Shown here one piece after another: positions 43,244-58,396 of a stretch of 64,000 nucleotides of DNA. How positions within the stretch are numbered: position 1 is the stretch's first letter; every line of letters starts with the position of its first letter. Where the stretch lies: positions 170,500,001 through 170,564,000 of the forward strand of contig OZ024740.1 in NCBI GenBank assembly GCA_964016885.1, read 5' to 3'. The notes below the pieces were generated by a model, which made no database searches, had not been told where the DNA came from, and was given only the letters and a program-made list of their open reading frames with translations. Source of the stretch: Eledone cirrhosa (lineage: Eukaryota). Position numbers and translations under genes: made by a program.

Positions 43244-43702
43244 ACTAGAAATTGATTAACATAAATAAACATGAATAATCATCACAGGAGATAATTTTTA
43301 CAAGTGTGTAAGCACACATAGCTAGGTAAGTAACTAAATAAAGTTAACCAGAACTTCAAAAATAGATACCTTATAATAGATACCTTATAATACCATTCGA
43401 TTAATTGGTGAAATATATTTCTTTAATGGAATATATACAGGGAAGATTAAACATATTATAAGGTATCTATTTTTGAAGTTCTGGTTAACTTTATTTAGTT
43501 ACCTACCTAGCTATGTGTGCTTACACACTTGTAAAAATTATCTCCTGTGATTATTCATGTTTATTTATATGTTAATCAATTTCTAGTTATTATAAAATGC
43601 TCGGACCTATTCGTTAGAATCTTAGAGCTTATTTTGCGGGTGATATGGCGCATATCTTTCTGGCATGACACCCATAATTTTGATTATCTTAATTTTGGAT
43701 AT

Positions 43703-43705
<3 letters not shown>
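43238..43705. mobile_element. (TA)n-embedded fold-back element
   Basis: Arms ~43238-43377 and 43455-43594 are near-identical inverted copies. Unique extension 43595-43705. (TA)n on both sides. Confidence 0.88.
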
Positions 43706-43771
<66 letters not shown>

Positions 43772-44799
43772 GAAGAAAAACGTATATTTATGTAAACATG
43801 AAAAGATTAGGCACTATTCCAGCGAAATAATTATTGTGTGAGCTCGGTGTCATCCGTTATACCATGTAACAACAGAAATCCACTCTAGGTATACATTTTT
43901 TTGACAACAGTAAAAGCGCATCATGAAGGGATACAATGGTTTCTTATGGTACAGCCAGGAAATAGATATAGAAGATTAGAATCTTTCGAGATTCGAATTC
44001 ATGCTATAAGCGGATGAAATAATGTAAATTCATGAGGACAACGTCGTATTATTTTTTCAAGCCCAGCCACTGTCATTTCTTTGGTTTTAATTTATATATC
44101 TAAATTGTTTAAATATATACAAGGTGTCACACCAAGAAGTAGTTGAATTCAACCATGTTTGTTTTATTGTTGTTGTTTACTTCTTGTCAATGTTATCGTT
44201 AACACCTGTATTGTACGTATTACAATAACCAAGATTTGGTGGTTTGTCTCATGCAATGTGTTGTCCTGCGCTATAACCATTTCGGCCTTTTATCCGTGTT
44301 CTACAGCTGAGATATAATGAACACATGGCTGTGCAACCCAGCCATGTGTGCAGAGTTCGCCCCTTCGCCATTTCCTCAGTAATTATTTTATTGTTTTGTT
44401 TTTTTCTTTTCTCTCTTTTTTATATTTCTCGTTTCTTCATTTTGTCGTTAAGATATTATAAATGTGATATGAAAATTTGAATTCAGATTCCCTTTCACCA
44501 TAGCAGTTATTAGAAGTTGTGAACATATATGGAGGGGACATTAACCTCCTAATTTACACTGATTAGCGCACTTCTAAATTAACTTAATAAAAAATAATCC
44601 ATCTAATTTCGTCACGTATAAGTGAGCTTCTGTATCTATATATTCTTGGAAAGTATAGAAAATCTCAAACCAGAAAATGACTGTGTACACAGTCTTTTGC
44701 TATAAACAATATCAATTGGGTGTGTTTGAAATGATTATCTGCGTTTGAAATTTTTTACATTTTTAAGACTTTATTTCCCCCTCAATGCTTCGTTGGTGT

Positions 44800-45010
<211 letters not shown>

Positions 45011-45327
45011 ATATTAAGTAAAGAATGTGTTAGTTAATAACCGACACTATTGTATGCAGGATAGTACACTCTACGAAGTACACAAGTGGGTTTTTTTTAC
45101 TACAGAGTATATTCATAATCAGGAGGTACAAGTCAACAGATTGTAATTCACTTCATTTCACCATAATCGCGGATATATATATTTCGGCAATAACCGTTAT
45201 GCAACTGATATGACCTCATCAGGCAGCTAGAAGTTTAACAGAAAAAACCTCAGAAAAATATAAAGAAGAAATAAAAATTTACTCCAGTTGTTTCAATACG
45301 TTGATATGTCCTGGGCTGATATTTGGT

Positions 45328-45515
45328 GTTCCTTTCTCAAAGTACCGGTGACATATATATGTATATATATCACACACACACAAGGGCCTCAGTCCGTCGT
45401 CTGAAATTGATAAAACATTATATATGTATATATGTTCCTTTCTCAAAGTACCGGTGACATATATATATATACAATGGCCTCAGCCCGTCGGCTGATATTG
45501 ATAAAAGATTATATA
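45328..45515. repeat. Diverged ~100-bp tandem duplication
   Basis: tttctcaaagtaccggtgacatatatat...ggcctcag-ccgtcg-ctga-attgataaaa occurs twice. Confidence 0.85.
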
Positions 45516-45879
45516 GATATATATATATAGCGACGTTATTTTTGTGTATACAGTTAAACCATGTCATTGATATGTATCAATTTCGACATGTTTGACTTAA
45601 TTCAAAATGGAATCATTCATGGAATTTCTTTTGCGTAATCTAATACATCGTTGGGGTTTTCACTGATTAGATACAAATCTCAACAAGCATCCAGATTTTT
45701 TTTTCTTCTTTTGCAAATTTTTTCAATGCTATCTGCCTTCGTCCCATATTCCCCAGAACGTATATATACGGATAGAGAGAAGAGTGGAGTAAGAGTCATG
45801 GGTGTTCGAGAATCTATAAAGAAAGAACAAAAAATGATTTATAACATATCACTTAATTCAATTTCTTTGATTCAAGATT

Positions 45880-45977
<98 letters not shown>

Positions 45978-45978
45978 T
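45880..45978. repeat. (CAA)n(TAA)n microsatellite
   Basis: Visible runs. Confidence 0.95.
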
Positions 45979-46134
45979 AAGCTTCAGCTGACCCCGACTG
46001 ATTTTTCCATTATCATTTTTTTATGTGTGTCTTTGCTTTTCGTTCTTTTTAAACCCTAGTAATATTTCGTTTAAAATTCCAATACGAAACACACTCATCG
46101 TCAGTAACAAGACCTTAACCTCCTAAAGAATGAT

Positions 46135-46165
<31 letters not shown>

Positions 46166-46232
46166 CTTATGTGTGAGTGCGTGTGAGTATCTACATAGTC
46201 GAGTAAATATATATATATATATGAGTGAGTGT

Positions 46233-46333
<101 letters not shown>

Positions 46334-47788
46334 TGTACGTATGTATGTATATATGTATATTCAAGCTTCGGATTTGCTTGCCAATTCCATGTCTTCCTCG
46401 GTTAAGATATAAAATAATTTTTTTTAAAAAAAGCAGTTACAGATATATTTTTTTATTCTTATTTTTATATTCCATTTTCACCAAAACGTTTAAATTGTTG
46501 GGTGACATAAGCTATGGAGAATCTTTAAAATAAAAGTAATTCTAAAATAGAAAATTATTAAAGGTAACAAGGAAAGAATTACAGATGACTACGCAAGAAA
46601 AAATAAAAAGCTATGTTAATGCTGTCATTTTCTGTCCTGATTTTTCTCTTCGATACTTTTTATTTTATTTTCATTTTCTTTGTGGTTATTTTGTTTCATA
46701 GTTGTAAAATTATAGTCTTTAGATAATCTGCTGCCTTTTTAATACTAAATCGCTCTTGGGGAAGCTGTAAATTGTGATCTTGGAGATTTTTAGAATATTC
46801 TTGCTCAACACGAATTTACTTTTGCTGCAACAATCTCTCCCTATATGCCATCAGATTGTTCTCTCTCACCCCCACACACACTCTCTCTCTCACACACACA
46901 CTCCCCCCTCTCTCTCCCTCTCACACACACTCTCTCTCTCTCTCTCACACACTCTCTCCCCCTCTCACACACACACGCTCTCTCTCTCTCCTCTCTCTCT
47001 TTCGCTTTTTCTTGCTTTCTTTCAGTATGTTTCTTAACGTTGTAAGAATATATGTATGTATTTATGTATACACACACACATATATATATATATGCATACA
47101 CACATATATATAGATATACTTATATAATTTTATATATATATATATATATACGCACGTGTGTGTTTGCATGTAGTTATTCCCATGCATATATGCATACATG
47201 CCTAAATACCTTTTTTCTGGTCGTAATAAGCAGTATTGTAAACTGCACATATATATGTTAAGCTCCCTCTTACCCCCCCCCCCCTCTAAATATATATATA
47301 TGTACGTATGTATGTATGTATGTACGTATGTATGTATTGCATTTGAATAAATTCATTATAATATATACTACTATAAAAACATTGTGCATGAAATAGCTGG
47401 GTGTATTTATATGCAAATATAGCTATGCTTTCCTTGACGAATTTTGTTAATACAATAAATACAAAACCGCGCAAGCGCATACACAAGTATATGTATTAAA
47501 GGAATAAACAAAATGATGATTCTGTCACAAAAACTTTTATATTTTATTAATTTAAATAATTTTTTTTTTAACTAAGCCGTGAAATAGAAAAGCTAAATTG
47601 TAGAAAACTCCCATATTAATTTGCTTTTTAAAATTGAATTATTGTGACATTCTAAAATCCACTATACTTTTAGTCTGCTATGTAACAATAGAGTTCATTG
47701 ATCTTCAATCTGAAAACTAAAACTCTAAGGTAAATTGTTATCGTTACTGTTATTATTGTCGGTGATTTGTTGTTTTCTGTAAAATCGT

Positions 47789-48030
47789 GAAAGCACATGG
47801 TCTAATGTTTTTGTGTTAAGCTTACCATTGCAATGTAATAGATTCGAGTCTTAGACCAGGTATTATGATGTGTTGTTGGGAAAAACACTTCATATTATTC
47901 GACTCTAGTCAACTTAATAGGACTACTAGCAACTACAGATGAGCTAATAACCAGCGATGGACTGTCGTCCTGTGCAAAGGAGGGGCTTGGACTCCCAGTA
48001 GCTTAACACTGTCTGATGAACTTTCAGACA
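47789..48030 (+). mobile_element. Highly decayed family D-like SINE
   Basis: gaaagcacatggtctaatg head, gattcgagtc B-box-like motif, aaaacacttcatatt core. Similar to 16243-16490. Confidence 0.45.
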
Positions 48031-48627
48031 GTAAGTTTTATGTCTTATTTTGATTTAATTTTACTGTTTAATTTTTTTTTTTTTTTTTAGTAAGGGAGAG
48101 TAAAATGATATGAGGAAAGAAGGTAGTTATCTGCAAATCAGATACTTGGCATTGATATATCTGAAAGAAATGACCTCCGCTAAAGGTACTTAAGGACCAG
48201 TCAATCGTGTTAAACTGAGTTAACCCAAGAACATTGAACGCAGAGTACTTCAAAGTGTCCCATCCGTTGCTTTAACAATTCCCTCGGCCCACAGCTTTGC
48301 ATTAGTTCTTTAGTTTATCGACCTCAAAAGGATGAAAGAAAATGATAACCTTGCAGTATTTTTTGAAATGGCGGTTGAAATGGCGGATTTATTACATTTG
48401 TATTGCTATTTTTCTTTTCTCCCAAGATAAAGCTTAACTGCAGTAAAGATAGGCGTTAATGTGGCGCTATATTCCACGCAATGAGTATTTATATGGTAAT
48501 CAGAAATAATTATGTGAAGACGAAATTGTTGGCCTTGTGCCTAAATCAGAAATTATTATTATAATTATTAACAATCTGCTTCTTAAAGATACCGACTATG
48601 GCGAAATACCCCCCTACTAAATATTAA

Positions 48628-48960
48628 ATAATGGTTTCTGATTTAGGAACAAGGTGAGCAATTTTGCGGTGTGAGTGCTGATTAAATCGACCACAGTGCG
48701 TTAATGATACTTTATTTTATCGACCCCGTAAGGATGAAAGGCAAAGCTTACCTAGGTGGGATTTGAACTCAGTACGTAAAGGTAGTGCCGGGTTTAGGAC
48801 AAATGAGGCCATGTGCTAGTTAAGTTATGAGGCTCCAAACATTTGAAAAATTCTTCGTAAGAATTCTTTTTAGCTGGAAGATGGGCCTGCTGGCCAACGG
48901 AGTCCTGTGCTTAAACACATAATCACAATGGTAAATCCGGCACTGCGTAAAGGGACGTAT
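48628..48960 (-). mobile_element. Family A SINE interrupted by a hAT MITE
   Basis: SINE core runs up to gaactcagtacgtaaagg and resumes as cgtaaagggacgta after the MITE. Confidence 0.8.
48783..48945. mobile_element. hAT-type MITE (163 bp) with perfect 8-bp TSD
   Basis: TIRs tagtgccgggttta / taaatccggcactg. TSD cgtaaagg at 48775-48782 and 48946-48953. Confidence 0.9.
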
Positions 48961-48969
48961 ACATGACTA

Positions 48970-49133
48970 AATAATTGTTTCTACATTTGGCACAAGGCCA
49001 GCAGTTATCCCAGTGCATTACTGGTACTTTATTTTATCGACCCCGTAAGGATGAAAGGCAAAGTTAACCTCGGCGGGATTTGAACTCAGAATGGCAAGGG
49101 CCGTAACTCTATGCGCCAAAGCATGGCGTCCGA
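48970..49133 (-). mobile_element. Family A SINE
   Basis: Tail through gcatggcgtccgac. Confidence 0.9.
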
Positions 49134-49851
49134 CGAGCCGATTTATCAGGAAATTTACTGATTCTGCAATCAATCGCTCCCTTAAATGTAATACATGCAG
49201 CCTGAACTTTGTTGCACCATTCCCACGCCTTGGAAAGTTTGTAAAAATTATGAGCACTATTTTGCCCCCAATTACGAATGTATTTCAACCTACTCAGTGT
49301 CCAGTTTATTTACTGTAGCAGGCAAATATATTAACCGCCTTTAAAAAGGGGACTATTTTTGAAAGCCTTCAATATTTTATTGCAGTCCCTATAATAATCG
49401 CTATCGATAATCACGATTCGAAACGCTTATTAACAAGGTTATTAATGATAGATAACCTTCAACATTGCAGGTATTGTCCTTAGTTCAATTACGGAACAAT
49501 GTTAAACTCTATTGTGTTGTTATCACTTGTAACGATAAGTTATTTCTTACATAGAATAAGGTACGGAATATTTACAGCAATGTTGACCGAATCATTTCGG
49601 AGTTAAGATTCATCTAAGGTTCACAAAGAAATTCAGTGTTGATTATAGGATACGTATACAATTGTGCGGCTATATATTGACCACTATGCTGATAGAACAC
49701 TCGCCCTGTCATGAAACACTAATGCTATAAAATATCAATAGAAATAGCAACAAAAACAACAGCAACGAGCCAGCGAGAGATCCCTCTTCGGGATTAATTA
49801 TATATTCTCAACTTTAAAAAAATTATACTTTGATCCCTAAAATGCTATACA

Positions 49852-50000
49852 TAATGGTTTTTTGATTTAGGCACAAAGCCAACAACTTTAGGGGAGGGCA
49901 AAGTCGATTAAATCGACTCCAGTGCATTACTGGTACTTTATGCTATCGACTGTAAGGATGAAAGTCAAAGCCAATCTCAGTGGGATTTGAACTCAGAACA
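49852..50000 (-). mobile_element. Older family A SINE variant
   Basis: tttaggcacaaagcc...gtgcattactggtacttta...gggatttgaactcagaac. Confidence 0.75.
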
Positions 50001-50659
50001 TAATGAGTGGTCATAAGAACAGAAACACTTTTACATAGGTCTGCTCAAACAAAACAACGTTCCATATTTAAGATAAATTTAAATGTGAGTACAATATGAC
50101 TTCATTATAGAAATAATTTGACTAGATGTTAACTTTGCTACGTGGGCCTTCAATATTAAGACGACTTTGTGTTTCAAAACACAATACTTAAATCACTTCA
50201 CCATGTGTTCAATTAGGGTTATTGGTATTGCAATAATAACGAGTCTGTAATTTTACTAATTAGAAAACTAGCAATTTATGGCAATTTGTACGGTAGTTAA
50301 CTGGTACTAATTTACTAATACTAATTACGGATTCCGTATTTTATCAATGTAATTAGCAGCGAGAATTCAAAAGTGGACAAGAACCATCTACTATAGCTAC
50401 GGACTGTCTCTGTGTCAGTGTTTATGATTCGTAAGTTAAGAGTTCAGCAAAGAACAAAGAAATTATTGATAGAATATCTACCAGATTTGATAAATATGTA
50501 TTGGAGTCGATATGATCGACTAAATCAAGGTGATGCTCCATCATTGCCGCAGTCGTATGACTGAAACTAACAAATGAATAAATAGAAGAATATATGTATA
50601 TGTGTATGTGTTTTCAGCTGTGTCATTATGTATGTGGGGTATATACACATAAATATATT

Positions 50660-50690
<31 letters not shown>

Positions 50691-51245
50691 ATGTGTGTGT
50701 GTGTGATTGCCTCAAACAGCTCGATTAGTATATTGTGGCTACAACTTTGATTCATACCCAATATTATATATATCTGTGTGTGTGGTGTGTGTTTGTGCCC
50801 GCGTGTGTGTTTTTGTGTGTGTATGTGTGTGTGTATAAACAGAGAGAAAGAGAGAGAGAGAGAGAGAACAAAAGAGATAGATATGGCAACGAGTATCCGG
50901 TCGGTTGATCAAACTCATTGATTTAACAGGTACGAGGTTAAGTAGCACACAGGTTAATATAAATCTCAAGGTATATACCCTTGATATGATGTGACATGAC
51001 CGTACCATTGAATTATAGGTAATTAGAATGATTTGCCATCTCACCAGTTACAACTTTACGTCATCTTTCTATGCTTTGTTCTGAGTGTGGTGAAGAAGTC
51101 TATAGTTATATTATGAAATAATATAGAATGGGCAATAATATGAAATAATCTAGAATAGCTGTTGAATTTATGAAAGTGCTATCTTTTTTGGAAGGACGGA
51201 GCAATGTAAGTAAAAATATCTTCATTGATGGTGGATTGAACCAGT

Positions 51246-51373
<128 letters not shown>

Positions 51374-51719
51374 CTTTCTTTTTTGCCTTTGCCTGTAGTG
51401 GGTGAGCAATATGCTCTTGTATTTTTGAAATAACTATAGGTAAGTACCTGTTTTCTACTGGTTCTCAGCCCGGTGAAAGATTGATTCATTGGAAGACATA
51501 CTCATTATATTTTTACACAATATACGTTTTGATGGTTGAAATCTGAATGCATACATAGTGTTGTTAGACCTGAGGTTAAGTTCGTCGTTGTATCCAGGAA
51601 GTTGGTAGATGCGTAATTGGTTTTATCTCTTCACTTTAGGTGTTCTCACTCTCAGCTAATAAAAGCTAATGCTGCACAAAATATCAAAAATCATAGAGAA
51701 ATAGCTCACCTTTCTATGA

Positions 51720-53145
51720 ATAGCTACCCAAAGTTGTGTAAAATCATATGCATATTTCATTCTGGGTGAAGTAGATATGATAGTTAAATAGTATTGTTAA
51801 AAATAGTTTCAATAAATCTAAAATAGACCTTTTGAGTCGAGCAACAATTGATCAGTGAACAGAGTCTCCTGATAAGGTTGAATACTTTCATTAAAGAAAT
51901 TAAAATACAGCATCATGAAACATTGACTTCTCACAACGGCTGATTCGTCAATTTGTATGGAAAATTCAGAACTCCAGAAATAATTGGATGTGTTGGTGTT
52001 TGACGTTGGAAGCCATTTCGTCTACACGTCAAGAAATTGTTATTACTAAGTGGAATTATCTTGATAATATGACAGATTGTTGTGCTTTGCAGTCAAGAGA
52101 CCTTCAATAACAGGTCGAAGTAATATTTCTCCTGCAGTGTAGAACTTATCGGCCTTTGCGACCAGTAACACAATGTGGTACGACGCAATCATAACTTTTT
52201 CTGCCGCGTAGTTGCTTTCTGAAATTTCGAGATCAACGTTTTCCGCTTTTCGTTCGAATATGACAAAGACTTTTCCTTCTGGTCGGCATGCTTAGAAAAT
52301 AAATGATACATTAAGTGTGACGGCTTCCTTGCTTTAAAGTTCAATTGAGGAAAAGCGAAAAACCCATAAGATAAATAATCAATGCTGTATTCTGGACCAA
52401 CCTTTCTTAAATGGAAACATTGGGGTATTTAAAAATTGTACAATACAAAGAGAAAATAGTTGGAACAATACATAACAAAACTTTCGTTCAATAAATTATA
52501 TTATTTTCAATAAGTTATATCATTTTCGATAATCCACAAATACGAGAACACAAGAGCGTTACAGTCACTTTTTTATCAATACAATCCAATAACTTCAAGT
52601 GACTGTTTATATGAGCTATGAGCATTGAGCTGTGAACAGATCCCGTCTTGGAAATCTCATATTTTATCTGGCATTGTCGTCTGCCCCTCATCGTCTACGG
52701 CCTGTCGTCAGAGTTTTTAGAGATCATCGCCTGTGTTAATCTTATATATGATCTCTCGGTACGGACAGCGTTGGCGACTTTATCCTGAGGTCACTTCTTG
52801 ATTTTACTAGCAAATGTGTTCTTGGTTTTCCCTCATTTGATTTATATCCGAAAACTAAAATTATTTCATCTAAAGAACTATTTGAATGATAATGACAGTT
52901 CTCAATATTATAGAAAATACCAAAATGTTCCTTGTTTGCGGGGATATTTATCTTCTAAAGTATTTTTTTTTTTCATACAGGTTCTTTGTATATCTCCTTT
53001 GAATACTTTTCGTGTAGCATATGTTGAAATACCTTAAAAATCAAAATCCTATAAGACCCACCAGAGTTTTCAATCGGCCGCCATGTTCTATTCAGTTGCT
53101 CAGCGTCCACTCAATTGTTGAAATCGCCCAGGTTGGGAAACCCTG
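51720..53145 (-). mobile_element. Decayed hAT Charlie/Buster transposon with transposase relic
   Basis: Minus strand ~52370-51900 gives SYGF, KPSHLMYH, KHADQKEK, ASYHIVLLVAKADKFYTAGEILLRP, IIPLSNN, VDEMASNV and FSIQIDES, as in the ZBED5/Buster type. Terminus cagggtttcccaacc at 53145-53131. Confidence 0.78.
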
Positions 53146-53333
53146 ATCTACTGCGTTTTATAAGGACACGCATATAGTAACTGTATGTTCTCTGTGCATA
53201 TAAAATGATGGACCTGTCACACCTGGAATGTCATTTCTTATATGTCAGAGCTCAAAAACAAATACACACACCTACTCTCAAACACATGCTCTAACATAGA
53301 CACTACACAAACTCAAATAAATAGTTATTCATA

Positions 53334-53799
53334 CTAGCAGAAAAACCACCCTTCGAGTGGTTTTCTGCTAGCATGTGTAGTGTGCATATTGATATTATAC
53401 GCAGGTATATACATCAAATAAAATCGTAATTGACAATATATAATACATAGAAATTGAACGAAGACTGCGTTACACTGTCTTATTTAATCAGTAACGTAAT
53501 CCATGATACATTAAAAAAGACGATATTATATATAAACTGCATTAGGAGAGAATTAGTGACAGAAAATTAGTATGTTTATTTAAGCGATGGCCAACCGGAA
53601 GTGTTGAAATTTCAAAAATGTTAAATAAGTGAATCTTTAAATAAACAAAATATATTTAATCAACAGCCACGAAATTTAGTAGATAAATTATGTAATATTC
53701 ATTCATTATTTATTCAAAGTAATGCAACTTATTTTACTAAGGGATAAAAAATTATAAACCGTACTAAGTCCCGCGCTTCTTACTTTATAATAGTTTAGA
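53334..53799 (-). mobile_element. Non-autonomous Helitron
   Basis: Minus strand starts A|TCTAAACTATTATAAA and ends in a hairpin plus CTAG|T. No TSD. The same 5' end tctaaactattataaa appears alone at ~21143. Confidence 0.75.
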
Positions 53800-54173
53800 T
53801 TCCCCTACAAACAGGCTAACACAGATGCAACACGCATATATATATATATATATATAAGCTCACGCATACGTACAACGTAATGCACACTAACAGCTACAGG
53901 TATATACACTTACGGATATACATACACGCTTGTATGACAATTACATAAATATACTCGAACGCATACAAACATATAGGCATACACACATATACACATACAC
54001 ACATATACGCATACACACATATACGCATACACACATATACGCATACACACAAATACGCGCACGCTCAGACGCACTCTGTCACAAAGTTACATACACAATA
54101 CCCACATATACAATATCGCAAATATTCACAATATAGACACCCACCGATCTACAGTCAAGCACACATACAATCA

Positions 54174-55420
<1,247 letters not shown>

Positions 55421-55769
55421 TGTGACACCATCGCCACCATCATCCTCATCATGTTCTTTTTTGATTTGTTGTTTTCCTTCAGAAAAGTTTTCTTCTCATT
55501 CATACACTTTCTTTTTTCTTTCTTCCGGCTACTTTTTCGTTATCTTTTCATATTTTCTTCTATTTCGTATGTACATTTATTTATTTAACTATTTTCATGT
55601 CTAGTTGCTTGAATTTTTTCTTCATTTTTTTCTTCTCTCGTTTCTTTTCTTTTCATTCTCGGGTGCCCAGTGCCAGACTTGGTCGGTCCAGGGCACTTCA
55701 GGCTCACTGTAACCCTTATATAGCAACAAGCATTTTTACGGCATTTTCTTCGCTAAAGATTTATCTTGC

Positions 55770-56220
55770 GCACCCATGACAACCTTATAAACTTAGCTGT
55801 ATCGACTGCATCTCACTCAAACAAAATACTGCTTTCATTTCCTCCTTCATCTAGTTTTTGATCTTGCACATTTTACCGCCCTCCACATTCATTTCTATCA
55901 CTCCTCTCAGCATTGATTTCACCCTCCCACAACACATGGCCCAACCATCACATTCAATTTCTCTTCACAACACTTATCGCTGATTCTAGTCCCATCAGCC
56001 TTTGGAATTCTTTGTCTTCCTCTCTCTGAGCAATGCTACACTCATCTATCGAACCATTCTCATTTCTACTCTTTCCAGCCTTCTCGACTGCTCCATATTT
56101 ATCACCCACTTCTTATACATGCAGTATACACCTTTCCCTTCAGTTTCAATAACACTCTTCTCATTAACATCACGCTGTTCCCAGAACGTCATCCAATTTT
56201 TGTGTAAAGGCCACTCGAAC
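55770..56220 (-). pseudogene. Decayed 3' end of an RTE-clade LINE
   Basis: MEQSRRLERVEMRMVR...ISVVKR..WLGHVL...MNVEG matches RTE C-terminal motifs, with stops and frameshifts. Confidence 0.75.
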
Positions 56221-56759
56221 AGAAACCTTAAAATACACAGCAAGTTACCAAATGTACATATCAAAATCCTCTTGGTACACCTTACGCAAATTCACAATTT
56301 ATAGATATAAACTTCAAATGCAAAAAAAAACTGACGTTATCATATTAAGATGGTGTTTGGAACATAACATAAAGATTATTTAATAAAATGATGTTGGAAA
56401 ATGTTTAGATAAATGTAAACTCTTTAAAACCGCTTTCTAGTGTGCAACTAGTTCAGGTGGTTTCGTATGAAAAGTGTTAATAGCTCTTGAAACAATATTT
56501 TACTGCCAAGATTAGATTATATAATTCATCAGTTAAAACTGTATTTACATGATATATTCCATAAATAAAATTTACTAATACAACTATGTTACTGACTACG
56601 GTATTACAAATCTTAATAATAGTAAATCTGATATGTGATAAATAATTTACTTACTTTAGGTGTCACTAATCATTGTGAAAGGTGATTCGCTCCCTTTTTA
56701 AATAGCATAACAGAAGACGTTAGAGATAGAGAGAGTGGGGGGGGGGGGGGGGGGCAACA

Positions 56760-57235
56760 GCGAGAAATGATTTCACATTCCTTTGAATTCCTTCAAACAC
56801 ATCAGTCCACTGCCAGCTCACGAGGTTAAATCACAAACAAACATCCGTAGACATGACAGAGTAATACACGCAGGGAGTTATGCCAGCATTTCCAAGTACC
56901 GATAAAATATGGTGGAACAAGCATGCACCTAAAAAGGTATCAGGCAATGATAAATCAACAACACTCTTGTAAATCAAGGCCAATCGATCAGATATTGTAG
57001 CAAGAAATCACAAAGAAAAATTGTCTCCTAACTGACGTAACTGACCCAGCCAAGCCGATGACAATATATCCCTCAAAGAAAAGGAGGAAACAAGAAAATA
57101 TAAAGATCTAGAGATAGAAATAACCCACAGGTTGAAAACAGAAATAATCCCGATAATACTAGATATTTTTTTACAGAACATAGCGCTAAAGGCACATCCC
57201 AGATATTACAGAGAGTACTTTCAATACAATAGAAA
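56760..57235 (+). pseudogene. Decayed CCHC-RLE region of an R4/Dong-like non-LTR element
   Basis: RRHDRV, IKANRSDIVARNHKEK (PD motif eroded) and DDNISLKEKEETRKYKDLEIEIT...LKTEIIPII. Confidence 0.78.
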
Positions 57236-57581
57236 CAACACAAAAAATACTTGTTTCTAGTTTAGGCACAAGGCCAGCAATTACCCAGTGCATTACAAAA
57301 AATACTATATACCTAAAGTGCACAAAGTTATGCTTGGTAATTCTGTGACAACATCCAATGAAAAGAATACTAATGAAACTACTAATAATGTGTATGTATA
57401 TCTGTATATCGAAATAGGTCTTTGTGGTTTAGTTTGTTTTAATACCTAATTAATATCAATGTTCATATTTCTCCTCTAAATATCCTTATTCCTTAATTCG
57501 TAAAGTAAAAATAACAAATGAAAATAGGTAAAAGACGTAGGTGAATGTATTTGTAAATATTCGGTACACACGCTCTGGAAC

Positions 57582-57872
57582 CAGGGTTGGATTTAGACCT
57601 TGGGGTGCCTGGGGTCCTTTAGGTTTGAAGGGACCCTCATACACAAAAAAAAAAAAAAAAAGAATATTTTACATATCAAAGTTAGTTTGGCGCAAGTAAT
57701 TGGAATTGAAAAGATATATATACAGGTATTAAATTCTAAATTTCTAACCATCCTAAAACTATAAAGCCCAGCTGAGGGCACAAATTGCTACGGCCATCGC
57801 TGGTGGGTTGCCCACGACACTGTATGGGGCCCGGTGCAATTGCCCCCTTTGCCCCAATTAAATCCAGTCATT
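57582..57872. mobile_element. Old MITE, CAG(G/T)GCCGGATTTA-type termini
   Basis: cagggttggattta ... taaatccagtcatt. Termini resemble those of 48783-48945. TSD not recognisable. Confidence 0.55.
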
Positions 57873-57876
57873 AAAT

Positions 57877-58216
57877 GCCGTCAGATGGAAATGTCAGCGC
57901 TGAGGTCACGCCTCAATCAGGCTGGTCAAGCCTGCTCGAAATTGCCGCGAAATATGTTTTTTCAAGAACAAACATCATCCACAAAGACACACAGAGATTA
58001 AAAAGGGAGAGACTGTGTATGAATGAGAGAGAGATAGAGAGTAATAGAAAGAGTAAAACAGAGAGAGAGTATGGGAGAATGAAAAAAAAAGAGAGAGATT
58101 GTGTGTCTTTGTGGATGATATTTGTTCTTGAAAAAACATATTTCGCGGCAATTTTGAGCATGCCTGACCAGCCTGATTGGCGCGTGACCTCAGCGCTGAC
58201 ATTTCCATCTGACGGG
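57877..58216. mobile_element. Fold-back MITE with 116-bp TIRs and GA-rich spacer
   Basis: Arms 57878-57993 and 58100-58215 are inverted with a few mismatches. AT dinucleotides lie at 57875-57876 and 58217-58218. Confidence 0.85.
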
Positions 58217-58396
58217 ATGGTAGTAGTAAATTAAAGGCTTGCGCCCCCATACCATATAGTAATATGTAGACCTAATAATCAACACTTGAGGATGGCCGAC
58301 AGAGGTAGAAGCTGCTAAATTTCCGACCGCCCTCCTGTCTCTGATTTTCAACACCATGGACTTTTATCTGTTATATTCCTTCGTTATATTCTGAAT

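Noticed and set aside
48006-48033. CTGATGA within hairpin actgtctga...tcagacagt
   Set aside because: No GAAA box or stem III, so it is not a hammerhead.
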